A DNA stretch of 64,000 nt from an uncultured Bacteroidia bacterium (GCA_947252645.1 CAMXWF010000002.1:8632-72631); one strand, 5' to 3'. Shown: positions 27,292 through 36,258, numbered from the stretch's first letter. Translations and numbers: made by a program. Notes: generated by a model from the sequence alone, not told the origin.

Positions 27292-30200
27292 GTGCGCCTT
27301 ACTACAGCGTCCCCTATGAAAAACCTGGTATCGCGCAGTGCACTATATCACCCCAAGGCCTCTCCTGCCCGAACCCAATCCCTTGGGGGGCGTTGCCTTT
27401 CTGGGCTAGCGTACTGGGGCTTGTGGACGCTCCTGCTGCTTGCCCTCTTGCCCCTAACATCTACTCCCGGATTGGCGCAGCCCGGTCAGCGTGGACATAC
27501 CATGTTGCGCTACTTCTCCCCGCTACAGTACAAGTCGAGCGACCAGAATTGGGCTGTTGTCCAAGATGCTCTTGGGCGCATGTTCTTTGGGAGCACCGAC
27601 CACGGGGTTCTCGTCTACGATGGCGTGCGCTTCCACACCATTCCCTTGGCTTCTAGCCAGTTCGTCCGCTATATGGCCCTCGGGGCCTCAGGGCTAGTCT
27701 ACGTGGGGTCCATTGGTGATTTCGGTCGCCTCGTCCCAAACCAAGTCGGCGAGTTGCACTACGAGTCGCTCCTGCCTACCGTGCAAGACTCTGTGCCCGA
27801 ATTTCAAGATGTCTATAAGGTCTACGCCATCGGCCAAAAGATCTTCTTCTGCACCGTCAGAGAGTTCTTCGTCTACGATGAGGTCACGGGAACTACCAGC
27901 TATGTCCATATCCCTTCCGACCATTCTTTTTTGGCCTTCTCGCTCGGCCAAGAACTCGTCATCGGCTACGACGACACGGAGCTGATCTTCTATAAAGACG
28001 GGCAATTCTCACGAGATACCATTATTCCATCCGCCCGTTTTAGTGCCCCCCTCCTCCAATCCAAGCAGCTCTATGCGGTACTCCCGCTCAAGGACAATAG
28101 GCTTCTGCTCGCCTATGCCCCCGGAGGCCTCTTCTACTACGATCGCGCTACCCACCGTATTGAGGATCTCCCGTCCCATCTAGCCCCCACGGTCGACTCC
28201 TTGATCCGCATGGGTGCTACCATCTACTCCATGCATAGACTCCGCAATGGGAACATCGGCCTGGGCTTTATCTTCTCTGAGGATGTGGGCTACGTGGAGA
28301 TTACCCCGGAAGGTCAAGAGGTGGAGGTCCTCAGCGTTGGGCATGGGCTCGGCAACTCCTTCGTCACTGAGTTTGCCGAGTCCTCCGATGGTACCCTTTG
28401 GCTCACCCACAATGTGGGGATTACTGCGGCAGAGACCTGCTCCCCCTTCCATCGCTTTACTGAGCAAGATGGCATCAACGATGTCGTCCTATGCATGCAT
28501 GAGGACCGCGGCGCCATCTATTTCGGCACTATGGCTGGCCTCCAATATCTGCGCCAAACACCCCATGGCCCCACGATTGCCTCTGTCCAGGGCATCAGCG
28601 TCCCTGTTTGGGATTACCTCTCCTATTCCGATCCCTATTCAGGTGAGCAGTTTGGCATCGCCCAGGCCATGACCGATGTCTACGAGGTCCGAAATGGCAA
28701 GGCGACTTCCATCTCTGTCTGGAAAAAAGACCCCAACAGGATGGGACGACTTGTAGAGGTCAATCGGGGTAGCTACAAGGGCTATTCCCTCTTTGTCCCG
28801 CCCACAAGTCCCGACCTGCTCTTCATGGGTCTACAGAACTCCATTGCCGTGTTGCAGCGCCGCCCCAATGGCACCTGGCTCGATATGCACCCCACTATCG
28901 TCCCGGCCGTCAATGACGAAATCCGCGGCATCGACATCGATGACCAAGGCACCATCTGGCTCACCACGCTCACCACAGGCCTCTACCGACTTCGTAAAGT
29001 CGGTCTGGACATCCTCCGCTCCAAGCACATCACTGAGAAAAATGGCCTCCCTACCTTGCGGCAGAATGAGGTCTGCGTCCTCGACGGCAAGGCCTACATC
29101 ACCACCCCAACAGGGATCTTTGCCTATGATGCCACTCGCGACACGCTTGTCGCTGTAGAATCTGCACTCATTCCAGGCCTGGGGGTCTCAAACCTCACTG
29201 GACTTGGCAATAAGGTCGCCATGCAGCGCTTCACCCCGCGAGAGGACACCCTTTATGTGGAGGCCTACAACAACTTCTTCGACACTACCACTACCCCAGA
29301 CGACAATCTCTTCCGCCGACTACCCGCCCGGTGGATCGATGCCCTCACCTTCACACACGACTCCACCCTCTGGGCCGCTTTCTCCAAGGAGATATACTCC
29401 TATCGTCCCGTAACTAGCCAGGCTCTACCCCCAGTGGCCCAGGCTAGCATCGCTGGCGTTGTCGCCCTACGCAATGACTCCACGCTCTTCGCTGGCACCT
29501 ATTTTACTTGCCTGGACGGCACTCTCCAGCGCATTATTACCACCCAGCCCGACAGCATGCAGCTCGAAATCCCCCATGGGATGAATAGCCTCCTCTTCCG
29601 CTTCGGGGCCTCTAGCTTTGCGGGCGATGGCGTGGAGTTCCAGTGCCTACTCGAATCCAACGATAATGCCTGGTCCTCTTGGGAACGAACTGGCGAGGTA
29701 CGCTATACCAACCTCTTCGAGGGCAACTATACCCTCAAGGTCCGCATGCGCGATGCTTACCAGCGCCTCTCCCGGGTCACCACCTATCGCTTTACCATCC
29801 TACCCCCGTTCTATCGCACCTGGTGGGCCTACCTCATCTATGTGTGCTTGGCGGCCTTCGTCCTCTATATGGCCGCCAGGTGGAATAATCGCCGCCTCAT
29901 CAAGGAGAAGGAGCGTCTCGCTAAGCTCGTTGCCCAGCGCACTGCCGAGGTGGTGGCCCAGAAAGATGAAATTGAGCAGCAGCGGGATAAAATAGAACAC
30001 CAAAAGGCCGAGATTGAGGCTAGCATCAAGTATGCCAGCGAGATCCAGCATGCCATCCTTCCCCGCAAGGAGACTATGGACAGCATTTTCCCTGAACACT
30101 TCGTGCTCTTCCTGCCGCGCGATGTGGTGAGCGGTGACTTCTACTGGATGAACCAGATAGGCAATAAGAAGATCTGCTGTATCGCCGATTGTACCGGCCA

Positions 30201-30861
30201 CGGAGTGCCCGGGGGCTTCATGAGCATGCTCTCGGCCTCGCTGCTCTACCAGGTGACCCGCGACATGGCCAACGCCCTCGACACGGCCGAGGTCCTCAAC
30301 AGGGTGCGGGCTCTCATCATCTCCAGTCTCCACCAGACGGCAGATGCTGGCTCGAATAAGGACGGTATGGACCTCGTCCTCTTCATCCTCGATGCCGACA
30401 CCAACACCCTCCAATTCTCTGGGGCCAACAATCCTCTGATCATCGTACGCAATGGCCAGGTCCAGCTCTATAAGCCCGACCATATGCCAGTGGGGGTCTA
30501 CGTCCCCTCCAAGATGCTCCCATTTACCAGTCAGGTCATACAGCTAGAGCCTGGCGACATGATCTATGCCTTCTCCGATGGCTTTGAGGACCAGTTTGGC
30601 GGGCCCAAGAACCGCAAGTTCATGCAGAAGAATCTCACCGCGCTACTGCTCTCTATTAGTCAGCTTCCCGTGGAGGAGCAGCTCCAGCGGCTTCAGAAGG
30701 AGTTCTTCGCTTGGCTGGGTAGCTCCATGCGCATGGACGATGTGGAGGTCTTTGGGGCTAGAGTGGTTGACTGGAACGCGGCCGCGTCCAAAGAAGAGTT
30801 CTCTCCACAGCCCCAAGAGGGGGCGCAGGAGGTCTCCAAGCAGCCAGAGGCAGACAAGTAG
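27292..30861 (+). CDS. Second beta-propeller / Y_Y_Y sensor with a SpoIIE (PP2C) phosphatase output, paralogue of 14272-17577
   Basis: 1189-aa ORF (alternative start MKNLVSR at 27316). It has propeller blades (MFFGSTDHGVLVYD, LWLTHNVGITAAE, IYFGTMAGLQYL, IWLTTLTTGLYRL) and a Y_Y_Y region (VRYTNLFEGNYTLKVRMRD). A TM helix (WWAYLIYVCLAAFVLYMAA) and a coiled coil follow. SpoIIE motifs are SGDFYW, DCTGHGVPGGFMS, DGFEDQFGG and DDVEVFGAR. Confidence 0.9.
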   Translation: MRLTTASPMKNLVSRSALYHPKASPARTQSLGGRCLSGLAYWGLWTLLLLALLPLTSTPGLAQPGQRGHTMLRYFSPLQYKSSDQNWAVVQDALGRMFFGSTDHGVLVYDGVRFHTIPLASSQFVRYMALGASGLVYVGSIGDFGRLVPNQVGELHYESLLPTVQDSVPEFQDVYKVYAIGQKIFFCTVREFFVYDEVTGTTSYVHIPSDHSFLAFSLGQELVIGYDDTELIFYKDGQFSRDTIIPSARFSAPLLQSKQLYAVLPLKDNRLLLAYAPGGLFYYDRATHRIEDLPSHLAPTVDSLIRMGATIYSMHRLRNGNIGLGFIFSEDVGYVEITPEGQEVEVLSVGHGLGNSFVTEFAESSDGTLWLTHNVGITAAETCSPFHRFTEQDGINDVVLCMHEDRGAIYFGTMAGLQYLRQTPHGPTIASVQGISVPVWDYLSYSDPYSGEQFGIAQAMTDVYEVRNGKATSISVWKKDPNRMGRLVEVNRGSYKGYSLFVPPTSPDLLFMGLQNSIAVLQRRPNGTWLDMHPTIVPAVNDEIRGIDIDDQGTIWLTTLTTGLYRLRKVGLDILRSKHITEKNGLPTLRQNEVCVLDGKAYITTPTGIFAYDATRDTLVAVESALIPGLGVSNLTGLGNKVAMQRFTPREDTLYVEAYNNFFDTTTTPDDNLFRRLPARWIDALTFTHDSTLWAAFSKEIYSYRPVTSQALPPVAQASIAGVVALRNDSTLFAGTYFTCLDGTLQRIITTQPDSMQLEIPHGMNSLLFRFGASSFAGDGVEFQCLLESNDNAWSSWERTGEVRYTNLFEGNYTLKVRMRDAYQRLSRVTTYRFTILPPFYRTWWAYLIYVCLAAFVLYMAARWNNRRLIKEKERLAKLVAQRTAEVVAQKDEIEQQRDKIEHQKAEIEASIKYASEIQHAILPRKETMDSIFPEHFVLFLPRDVVSGDFYWMNQIGNKKICCIADCTGHGVPGGFMSMLSASLLYQVTRDMANALDTAEVLNRVRALIISSLHQTADAGSNKDGMDLVLFILDADTNTLQFSGANNPLIIVRNGQVQLYKPDHMPVGVYVPSKMLPFTSQVIQLEPGDMIYAFSDGFEDQFGGPKNRKFMQKNLTALLLSISQLPVEEQLQRLQKEFFAWLGSSMRMDDVEVFGARVVDWNAAASKEEFSPQPQEGAQEVSKQPEADK

Positions 30862-30873
30862 TCACGCTCAGCC

Positions 30874-32460
30874 CTACTGCTTCACAATGGCCTCAAAATC
30901 CACTTCTAGCGGCTTTCCTGTCTCTGGGTCATGCAGCGTGAGGCGTCGTAGCTCGTAGTAGAGCTGCCAGTAGGCCTGCATGGTGGACAAGTAGCGGATG
31001 CGGGCGTCATCACGATCGACTTGGGCCTTGTCGAGGTCGAGCACGTCGATTTTGCCCACCATATAGCGCTGCTTGGCTATGGCGTAGCGGCTCAGGGCGA
31101 TGGTGTCGGCCTTGGCAGCCAGGGCCAGCTGCTGGCCTTGTAGCGAATAGCGCGTGACCAGGAGCAAGAGTTCTTGCCTGAACTCAAGGAGGGCACTTTC
31201 CACCTGGCTCTCTACCAGCTCTAGGTTCGACTTGGCCATGCGCACTAGCCCTTTGCCACGCCCCCAGTCTAAGAGGGGGACGGTGATGCCAAGCTTGGCA
31301 GAGAGTTGGTCGAGTGGGCTGCGGTAGGCTGCAGGTATAGTGGTCCCCTGCTGCGTGAGCCCGTAGCTGGCCACGATGCTGGCCTCAAAGCCTCTTTGGG
31401 CGCGGGCCTGGGCGATATTTTTCTTTGCCTGCTGGCGCTGCACCTCAGTCTGGATAAACGCTGGGTTGGCCCGCATGGCCTGCACTAGTGCCGAGTCGAA
31501 GTTCACGGCTGCCTCCGGGACGCTGCTTGGCACCACCATCTTCCACTCCTTGTCCTCGCGGAGTCCTAAGTAGTTGACCAGTTTAAACCGTTGGAGTTGC
31601 ACCGCAAGCTTGGCCTCGCTCACTGCTTGCTGCGCGGTGAGCTTGTTGAGTTCCATTTGCAATAGCTCGTTCTCGGCAATGGTGCCAATGCTAAAGCGCC
31701 CTTGGGCTATGGTGTAGAGCGTGTCGGCATTGGCGTAGTTCAGCTGGGAAGTGGTCAAGGCTTGCTCGGCTATCACGAGCTGGAAGAAAAGACTATTGGC
31801 CCGATTAGCTATTTGCTCCAAGTCGCTCAGGTACACCCGTTTGCTCTGCTCATACTTCAGGGGCTCTATCTTTCGCTGCCAGCGCAGCTCATTGAACCCG
31901 AAGATATTCTGCCGTATACCTACCTGTAGAGGGGTGGAGAGGTAGGTGGTGTTGCGTTGCTCGCCAAATACATCGTTGCGCGTCAGGGCCGAGCTCACGT
32001 AGAGCTCCGTACCAGTAAACCACACCCGCTGCGTGGCCTCCAGCCGGAGCCCCATGTCGTTGGAGAACTCGTTGATAAACTTCACGGACCCATCGGGCAT
32101 TTGGTAGCGCGAGAGGCTCTTGTTGAAGCTAGGCAGCGAGCCGGTCAGCTTAACACTGGGGAGCAGTTCAGCCCGATAGGTGCGGTATTGCCAGTACCCC
32201 GCGAGGAAGCGATGCTTGGCCTCTATGGCTGCTGGGGAGTACTCCTTGGCCAATGCTATGGCCTCCCCCAAGGTCAGCCATTCTATGGGGGGCGGGGTAG
32301 AGTCGTAGGCATTGCTCGTTCCCCTGTTTCCCGTGTCTGCCAATCGTGCTTCCACGTGGCCGACCGTAGTACTCGTTTCCTGCGCCGTTAGGCAACAGGG
32401 GAGGGCAAGGGCGGTAACCAGCAAAACAACTCGGAACGGCACAGGGTAAGAGGTGACCAT
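30874..32460 (-). CDS. TolC-family outer-membrane efflux protein
   Basis: 528-aa ORF with a signal peptide (VVLLVTALALPCCLTAQ). It has the two-repeat helical/barrel layout typical of TolC/OprM and is the last gene of the adaptor-permease operon. Confidence 0.85.
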   Translation of the reverse strand: MVTSYPVPFRVVLLVTALALPCCLTAQETSTTVGHVEARLADTGNRGTSNAYDSTPPPIEWLTLGEAIALAKEYSPAAIEAKHRFLAGYWQYRTYRAELLPSVKLTGSLPSFNKSLSRYQMPDGSVKFINEFSNDMGLRLEATQRVWFTGTELYVSSALTRNDVFGEQRNTTYLSTPLQVGIRQNIFGFNELRWQRKIEPLKYEQSKRVYLSDLEQIANRANSLFFQLVIAEQALTTSQLNYANADTLYTIAQGRFSIGTIAENELLQMELNKLTAQQAVSEAKLAVQLQRFKLVNYLGLREDKEWKMVVPSSVPEAAVNFDSALVQAMRANPAFIQTEVQRQQAKKNIAQARAQRGFEASIVASYGLTQQGTTIPAAYRSPLDQLSAKLGITVPLLDWGRGKGLVRMAKSNLELVESQVESALLEFRQELLLLVTRYSLQGQQLALAAKADTIALSRYAIAKQRYMVGKIDVLDLDKAQVDRDDARIRYLSTMQAYWQLYYELRRLTLHDPETGKPLEVDFEAIVKQ

Positions 32461-32515
32461 TGTCTTGGGTGTAATTCGAGGATTCAGGCGGCCCAGAGGC
32501 GAGAGCTAGGAGTAG

Positions 32516-33850
32516 CTATTCGTGGCGTAGGGATTCGATGGGTGAGCGTTGTGCGGCTCGCCGGGCCGGGGCGTAGCCAAAAATTGCCCCCACCAGGGCG
32601 GCCACGCCGAAGGAGACGAGCAGAGAGGACCAGGTAATTACGGTCTTGATTGCCGCGAGGTGGGTGATGATGGCCGAGAGCACTATGCCGAGGAGGATGC
32701 CAATCAGTCCGCCTACCAGGCTTATGAGCAAAGCCTCCGCTAGGAATTGCACCGCGATGTCCGATTGCCGAGCCCCGATGGCTAGCCGGATGCCGATCTC
32801 CTTGATGCGCTCGAGTACAGATGCGAACATGATGTTCATGATGCCGATCCCCCCTACAAGGAGTGAGATGCCTGCAATGGCTCCCAGCACCCAGTTGAAC
32901 ACATCGTTGGTCCGTTGCTGCTGCTTAAGCACCTGCTCTGGCACGATCACCTCGAAGTCCCAGTGCCCAGCGTGACGGCGCGACAGGATGTGGTCTATCA
33001 CCTGTTTGCTTGCGGTCACCTGCTGCGCATCGTCTATTTGGACTATGATGCCGTCGAGGCCTGGGTAGCCGTTGGGCGATTTGCCTATGCCTGTCTTGGG
33101 GTGGTAGGTCTCTGTGCCTCGCTGCGAATAGCGCATGAGCAACGTTTGCGCGGGGATGTAGATATTGCTGTTGTCCATGTTGATGCCCATGCTGGCCAGT
33201 GCCTGGGAACCCGCATCCGTGTGCTGTAGCACGCCAACGACTAGTAGCCAAAGGTTTTCAAACTTCACATAGGCCCCTATCGGGTTGGTGGCCCCAAAGA
33301 GTCGCGTACGCACTTCGGCTCCAATCACGCACACTTGGGCGCCGCTCTGCTCCTGCAGTGGCGTGAAGTAGCTCCCCTGCTGCAGGGGCAGGTGGTAGAT
33401 GGAGAAGTAGCTGCTGTTGACTCCCACGGCTGCGCCATGCATGCGCTGGCTGCTGCACTGCAGGGCACCCGAGTAGTTTATTTGCACCGACAAGGCCGAG
33501 ACGGTAGGGAGCACCTGGGCAATGGCCTTGGCATCGGCGGTGGTGAGGCCAAAAGGCCAGCGGTTACCCTCTGGGCTGCTCTTCGAATTGCCAGACTCTT
33601 CTAGCTTCTCGGGCGCTATGGGGGTGACCACGATGTTATTGACCCCCACCAGCTCGAGCTGATGGAGGATCTCCTGCTTGGCCCCTTGCCCGATGGCCAG
33701 CATGCTGATCACGGCCGCCACGCCAAATATGATGCCTAGGGCGGTGAGCAGGGAGCGTAGTGCGTTGTCGCGAATGGCCTCTAGGGCTATGTACACGTCG
33801 TGTGCATAGCGTGCGTATTGCCGCGTGGATCTACCTGGGGAGGGCATCAT
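32516..33850 (-). CDS. MacB/FtsX-type ABC transporter permease with no fused ATPase domain
   Basis: 444-aa ORF. The N-terminus ALEAIRDNALRSLLTALGIIFGVAAVISMLAIGQGA is typical of MacB-like permeases. It has a large periplasmic domain and a C-terminal FtsX bundle (IGIRLAIGARQSDI...). It shows no Walker motifs. Confidence 0.88.
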   Translation of the reverse strand: MMPSPGRSTRQYARYAHDVYIALEAIRDNALRSLLTALGIIFGVAAVISMLAIGQGAKQEILHQLELVGVNNIVVTPIAPEKLEESGNSKSSPEGNRWPFGLTTADAKAIAQVLPTVSALSVQINYSGALQCSSQRMHGAAVGVNSSYFSIYHLPLQQGSYFTPLQEQSGAQVCVIGAEVRTRLFGATNPIGAYVKFENLWLLVVGVLQHTDAGSQALASMGINMDNSNIYIPAQTLLMRYSQRGTETYHPKTGIGKSPNGYPGLDGIIVQIDDAQQVTASKQVIDHILSRRHAGHWDFEVIVPEQVLKQQQRTNDVFNWVLGAIAGISLLVGGIGIMNIMFASVLERIKEIGIRLAIGARQSDIAVQFLAEALLISLVGGLIGILLGIVLSAIITHLAAIKTVITWSSLLVSFGVAALVGAIFGYAPARRAAQRSPIESLRHE

Positions 33851-35172
33851 CTACTGCCAGCCTGCCTTCGTGCCCCATCGTTCGCCTTGGGCTGTTCTGG
33901 CTTAGCTGGTAGGGGGGTCCAGCGGAAGCGCTCTGGCTTGGGGGGCATGGAGAGGTAGAGCCATTGCCCAGGTTTTAGGCCGCGGACTATCTCTGCGTGC
34001 GTGGCGTTGGTGAGCCCTGTTTCCACCTCTTGCCGCCGCCCGTCGCTCGTGTAGACGAAGGTGGCCGAGTCCGTGGCCTGCAGGCAGTCTAGGGGACAGG
34101 CGAGTACGGAGTCGCGGGTGGTCAAGATGATCTCATTGCGCGTGGTCATCGCGGGGCGTATCAGGCTATCCACGGCATCGAGCTTGATGACCACCTCAAA
34201 CACCTTCGTCGTGCCCCCCCTGACGGTTTCTCCCACGTTGGCCACCGAGGCCACTTGGCCCGTATAGCGCCGGTCTGGGAATGCATCCACTGTGATCGCT
34301 ACGGGCAACCCAGGCTTCACCTTGCTCACGTCCACCTCATTGACATAGCACTTCGATTGCATCTTCGAGAGGTCTGGGAGCGTGGCGATGGTGGATTCCC
34401 AAGGCGACACCTTGGAGCCCACCGTACGCTTCTCCCCGTTCCACTCCTTGTAGTAGATCACCATGCCACGCTTGGGAGCCCGGATGGTGAAAAGCTCCAG
34501 GAGCTCGTACATCTCGTTGAGGCTGCGCTGTTGCTTGGCCAGGTTGAGCTGGGCCTCGCGCACGGTGGCAGTCAGCTGCTTTTCTTTGAGCTTATTGCTC
34601 ACGTTGGCTTGGTCTATGGCGCGCTGGGCCTTCTCCAGGTCTATTTGCGCCTTGCGCTGCGTGGCGGGCGGCTCGAACTGCGATTGCGAGACTACGATTT
34701 TCTGTTCCTCTAGCGCAAAGTGCATGTTGACCATAGCGTTGCGCAGATCCCGGAGGGTCAGCGTGGTGTCGAGTTGGGCCTGTATTAGCTTTTGCTGCGC
34801 GGTCTCCACTTCGTCCTGCGCAGTCTTGATGAGCGAGGAGAGTGGGCTGGGGTCCAGACGGGCAACCACTTGCCCCTCCTCTACTATCGTCCCCTCGGGC
34901 ACTAGATCCTGGATGGTTATGTCCCCCAGGTGGAGGTTGCGAGAGCGCATCCGGTCGGCTGGGGCTTCTATGTTGGTGCTCGTCTGGGCCTCTAGCTCAC
35001 CAGTCACATCCACCGTGACCCGCAGGCTGCCCACTTCGGCTTTGATCATGAGCGATGCATCGGCCGCCTCCCGCCCACGCCACCACAGCACGATACCTGC
35101 CAGCACTACCAGCACCACCACCACCCACCAGAACCGCCGTGCCTTCGAGTTGATCCGTCCCATTTTCCGCAC
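33847..35172 (-). CDS. Periplasmic efflux adaptor (HlyD/MacA family membrane-fusion protein)
   Basis: 441-aa ORF with an N-terminal anchor (FWWVVVVLVVLAGIVLWW), lipoyl-like halves, a long coiled coil and a beta-barrel domain. Its stop overlaps the permease start (ATGA at 33847-33850). Confidence 0.85.
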   Translation of the reverse strand: MRKMGRINSKARRFWWVVVVLVVLAGIVLWWRGREAADASLMIKAEVGSLRVTVDVTGELEAQTSTNIEAPADRMRSRNLHLGDITIQDLVPEGTIVEEGQVVARLDPSPLSSLIKTAQDEVETAQQKLIQAQLDTTLTLRDLRNAMVNMHFALEEQKIVVSQSQFEPPATQRKAQIDLEKAQRAIDQANVSNKLKEKQLTATVREAQLNLAKQQRSLNEMYELLELFTIRAPKRGMVIYYKEWNGEKRTVGSKVSPWESTIATLPDLSKMQSKCYVNEVDVSKVKPGLPVAITVDAFPDRRYTGQVASVANVGETVRGGTTKVFEVVIKLDAVDSLIRPAMTTRNEIILTTRDSVLACPLDCLQATDSATFVYTSDGRRQEVETGLTNATHAEIVRGLKPGQWLYLSMPPKPERFRWTPLPAKPEQPKANDGARRQAGSR

Positions 35173-35307
35173 CTCTACTACCCACTACTAGGGTCTCTAA
35201 GTTATGGAAAACATCACAAATGGTGGCCAGCCCCTTCCGTAGCCGTTCCTGGCTGCGCCCCTCGCAGTTGCCAGTAGTGACTAGTGGCTAGAAGCGACCG
35301 CCACCCT

Positions 35308-35321
35308 GCGCACGTTGCGCT
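35308..35321 (+). repeat. Left copy of a 14-nt direct repeat (gcgcacgttgcgct)
   Basis: The same 14-mer recurs at 35782-35795. The two copies bracket the AT-rich palindromic island. Confidence 0.6.
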
Positions 35322-35654
35322 AAGACGCAACATCCCCTTGCCCCTCCCCCTAGTCGCAGCACTGCTCCCCGGCGCAGAAGCGTGGGACGTAGTTCCATGT
35401 AACCCTCGCTCCAGATCGTACGTAAAGCAATAGAATATACAAGCATGCTCATATTTTGAGGTGAAAACCTTTTACAAAAAATCTTGGTAGAATTGATAAT
35501 TCTGCGTAACCAATTGGTTGCGTGTAGAACATGTGTATGGTGCTTTTCTTTATTCTATTGTTAATTCTAGCCTCAATTCGCGGATTCCGCGGTTTCCGAG
35601 AGGTCTACGTGGGTTAGTATCGTGGTAGTAACATTAAGATAATCAATCTACTAT

Positions 35655-35716
35655 CTCCGTACCAACTCCGCTTCCAGAGCGTCCATATGCGGAGTTGGTA
35701 CGGAGTTGGTACGGAG
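35655..35716. repeat. 17-bp perfect inverted repeat followed by a tandem 11-mer
   Basis: The arm ctccgtaccaactccgc (35655-35671) pairs with gcggagttggtacggag (35689-35705) across a 17-nt loop. The 11-mer ttggtacggag (35695-35705) is then repeated at 35706-35716. Confidence 0.85.
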
Positions 35717-35781
35717 CGGGGGGTGCGATTACTGATTTGGGGGCCATGCTGGCCTGCTTGTGGGGCTTTCCTGGCGCCAAG

Positions 35782-35795
35782 GCGCACGTTGCGCT
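35782..35795 (+). repeat. Right copy of the 14-nt direct repeat (gcgcacgttgcgct)
   Basis: Identical to 35308-35321. Confidence 0.6.
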
Positions 35796-36026
35796 GGGGC
35801 TACGCAGCTACAGAAAGTGGTGTGACCGATGTTGCGGTTGGTCGGTCCAAGGCTTGCTCCGTCGGTGGTGATCTGCGCGCCGGGGTGGTGCACGGGTGTG
35901 CCTATAGGTCTTTGGTGCGGATGGTCTACCCCCTAACGTGTTTTGCCCTCCGTGCGAGAGGCTTACTAGGGTTGAGAGCCAGTACGCACCACGCGGTGCG
36001 TTCAGGTAGAGGCCTATAGCGAAGAA

Positions 36027-36051
36027 GGGAGCAGCCCACTGGGCGACTCCC
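36027..36051 (-). terminator. Possible terminator or processing hairpin after tRNA-Leu
   Basis: On the minus strand, gggagtcgcccagtgggctgctccc forms nested stems (gggag/ctccc and gccca/tgggc) followed by ttcttc. It begins 10 nt after the tRNA-Leu 3' end. Confidence 0.35.
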
Positions 36052-36060
36052 TAAGTCTAG

Positions 36061-36142
36061 TGCGGATAGTGGGACTCGAACCCACATGACTTACGTCACA
36101 AGATCCTAAGTCTTGCGCGGCTACCAATTACGCCATATCCGC
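36061..36142 (-). tRNA. tRNA-Leu (anticodon UAG)
   Basis: Hand-folded cloverleaf. The acceptor is GCGGATA/TATCCGC with discriminator A. The anticodon stem is CAAGA/TCTTG with loop CT-TAG-GA. It has a long variable arm (GAC-GTAA-GTC) and a T-arm GTGGG-TTCGAGT-CCCAC. No CCA is encoded. Confidence 0.93.
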
Positions 36143-36185
36143 TTAACGCCCCATGAGCGCGGACTGGTTTGAGCCAGCACCATCG

Positions 36186-36258
36186 TTGTCCTGCCAGGGT
36201 TCGAACCTGGACTCTTCTGATCCAGAGTCAGATGTGTTGCCAATTACACCACAGGACA
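36186..36258 (-). tRNA. tRNA-Gln (anticodon CUG)
   Basis: Hand-folded cloverleaf. The acceptor is TGTCCTG/CAGGACA, the D-arm GTGT-AATTGGCA-ACAC. The anticodon stem is TCTGA/TCAGA with loop CT-CTG-GA. The T-arm is CCAGG-TTCGAAC-CCTGG. Confidence 0.93.

Noticed and set aside
35687-36019. 110-aa plus-strand ORF in the tRNA-proximal non-coding region
   Set aside because: The translation is Arg/Gly/Ala-rich and looks random. The ORF starts inside the 17-bp inverted repeat. I treat it as non-coding.
35990-36050. gaagaagggagcagcccactggg resembling the SRP-RNA GGAAGCAGCC motif or a B12 box
   Set aside because: The flanks do not form the SRP helix-8 pairing. No plus-strand gene follows, as a riboswitch would need. 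The segment is better explained as a hairpin after tRNA-Leu.
35720-36060. tmRNA or RNase P RNA near the tRNA genes, prompted by smpB being in the window
   Set aside because: There is no tRNA-like 3' end (GGTTCGA...CCA), no GGGGCTGA-type 5' end, and no GAGGAAAGTCC RNase P core on either strand.
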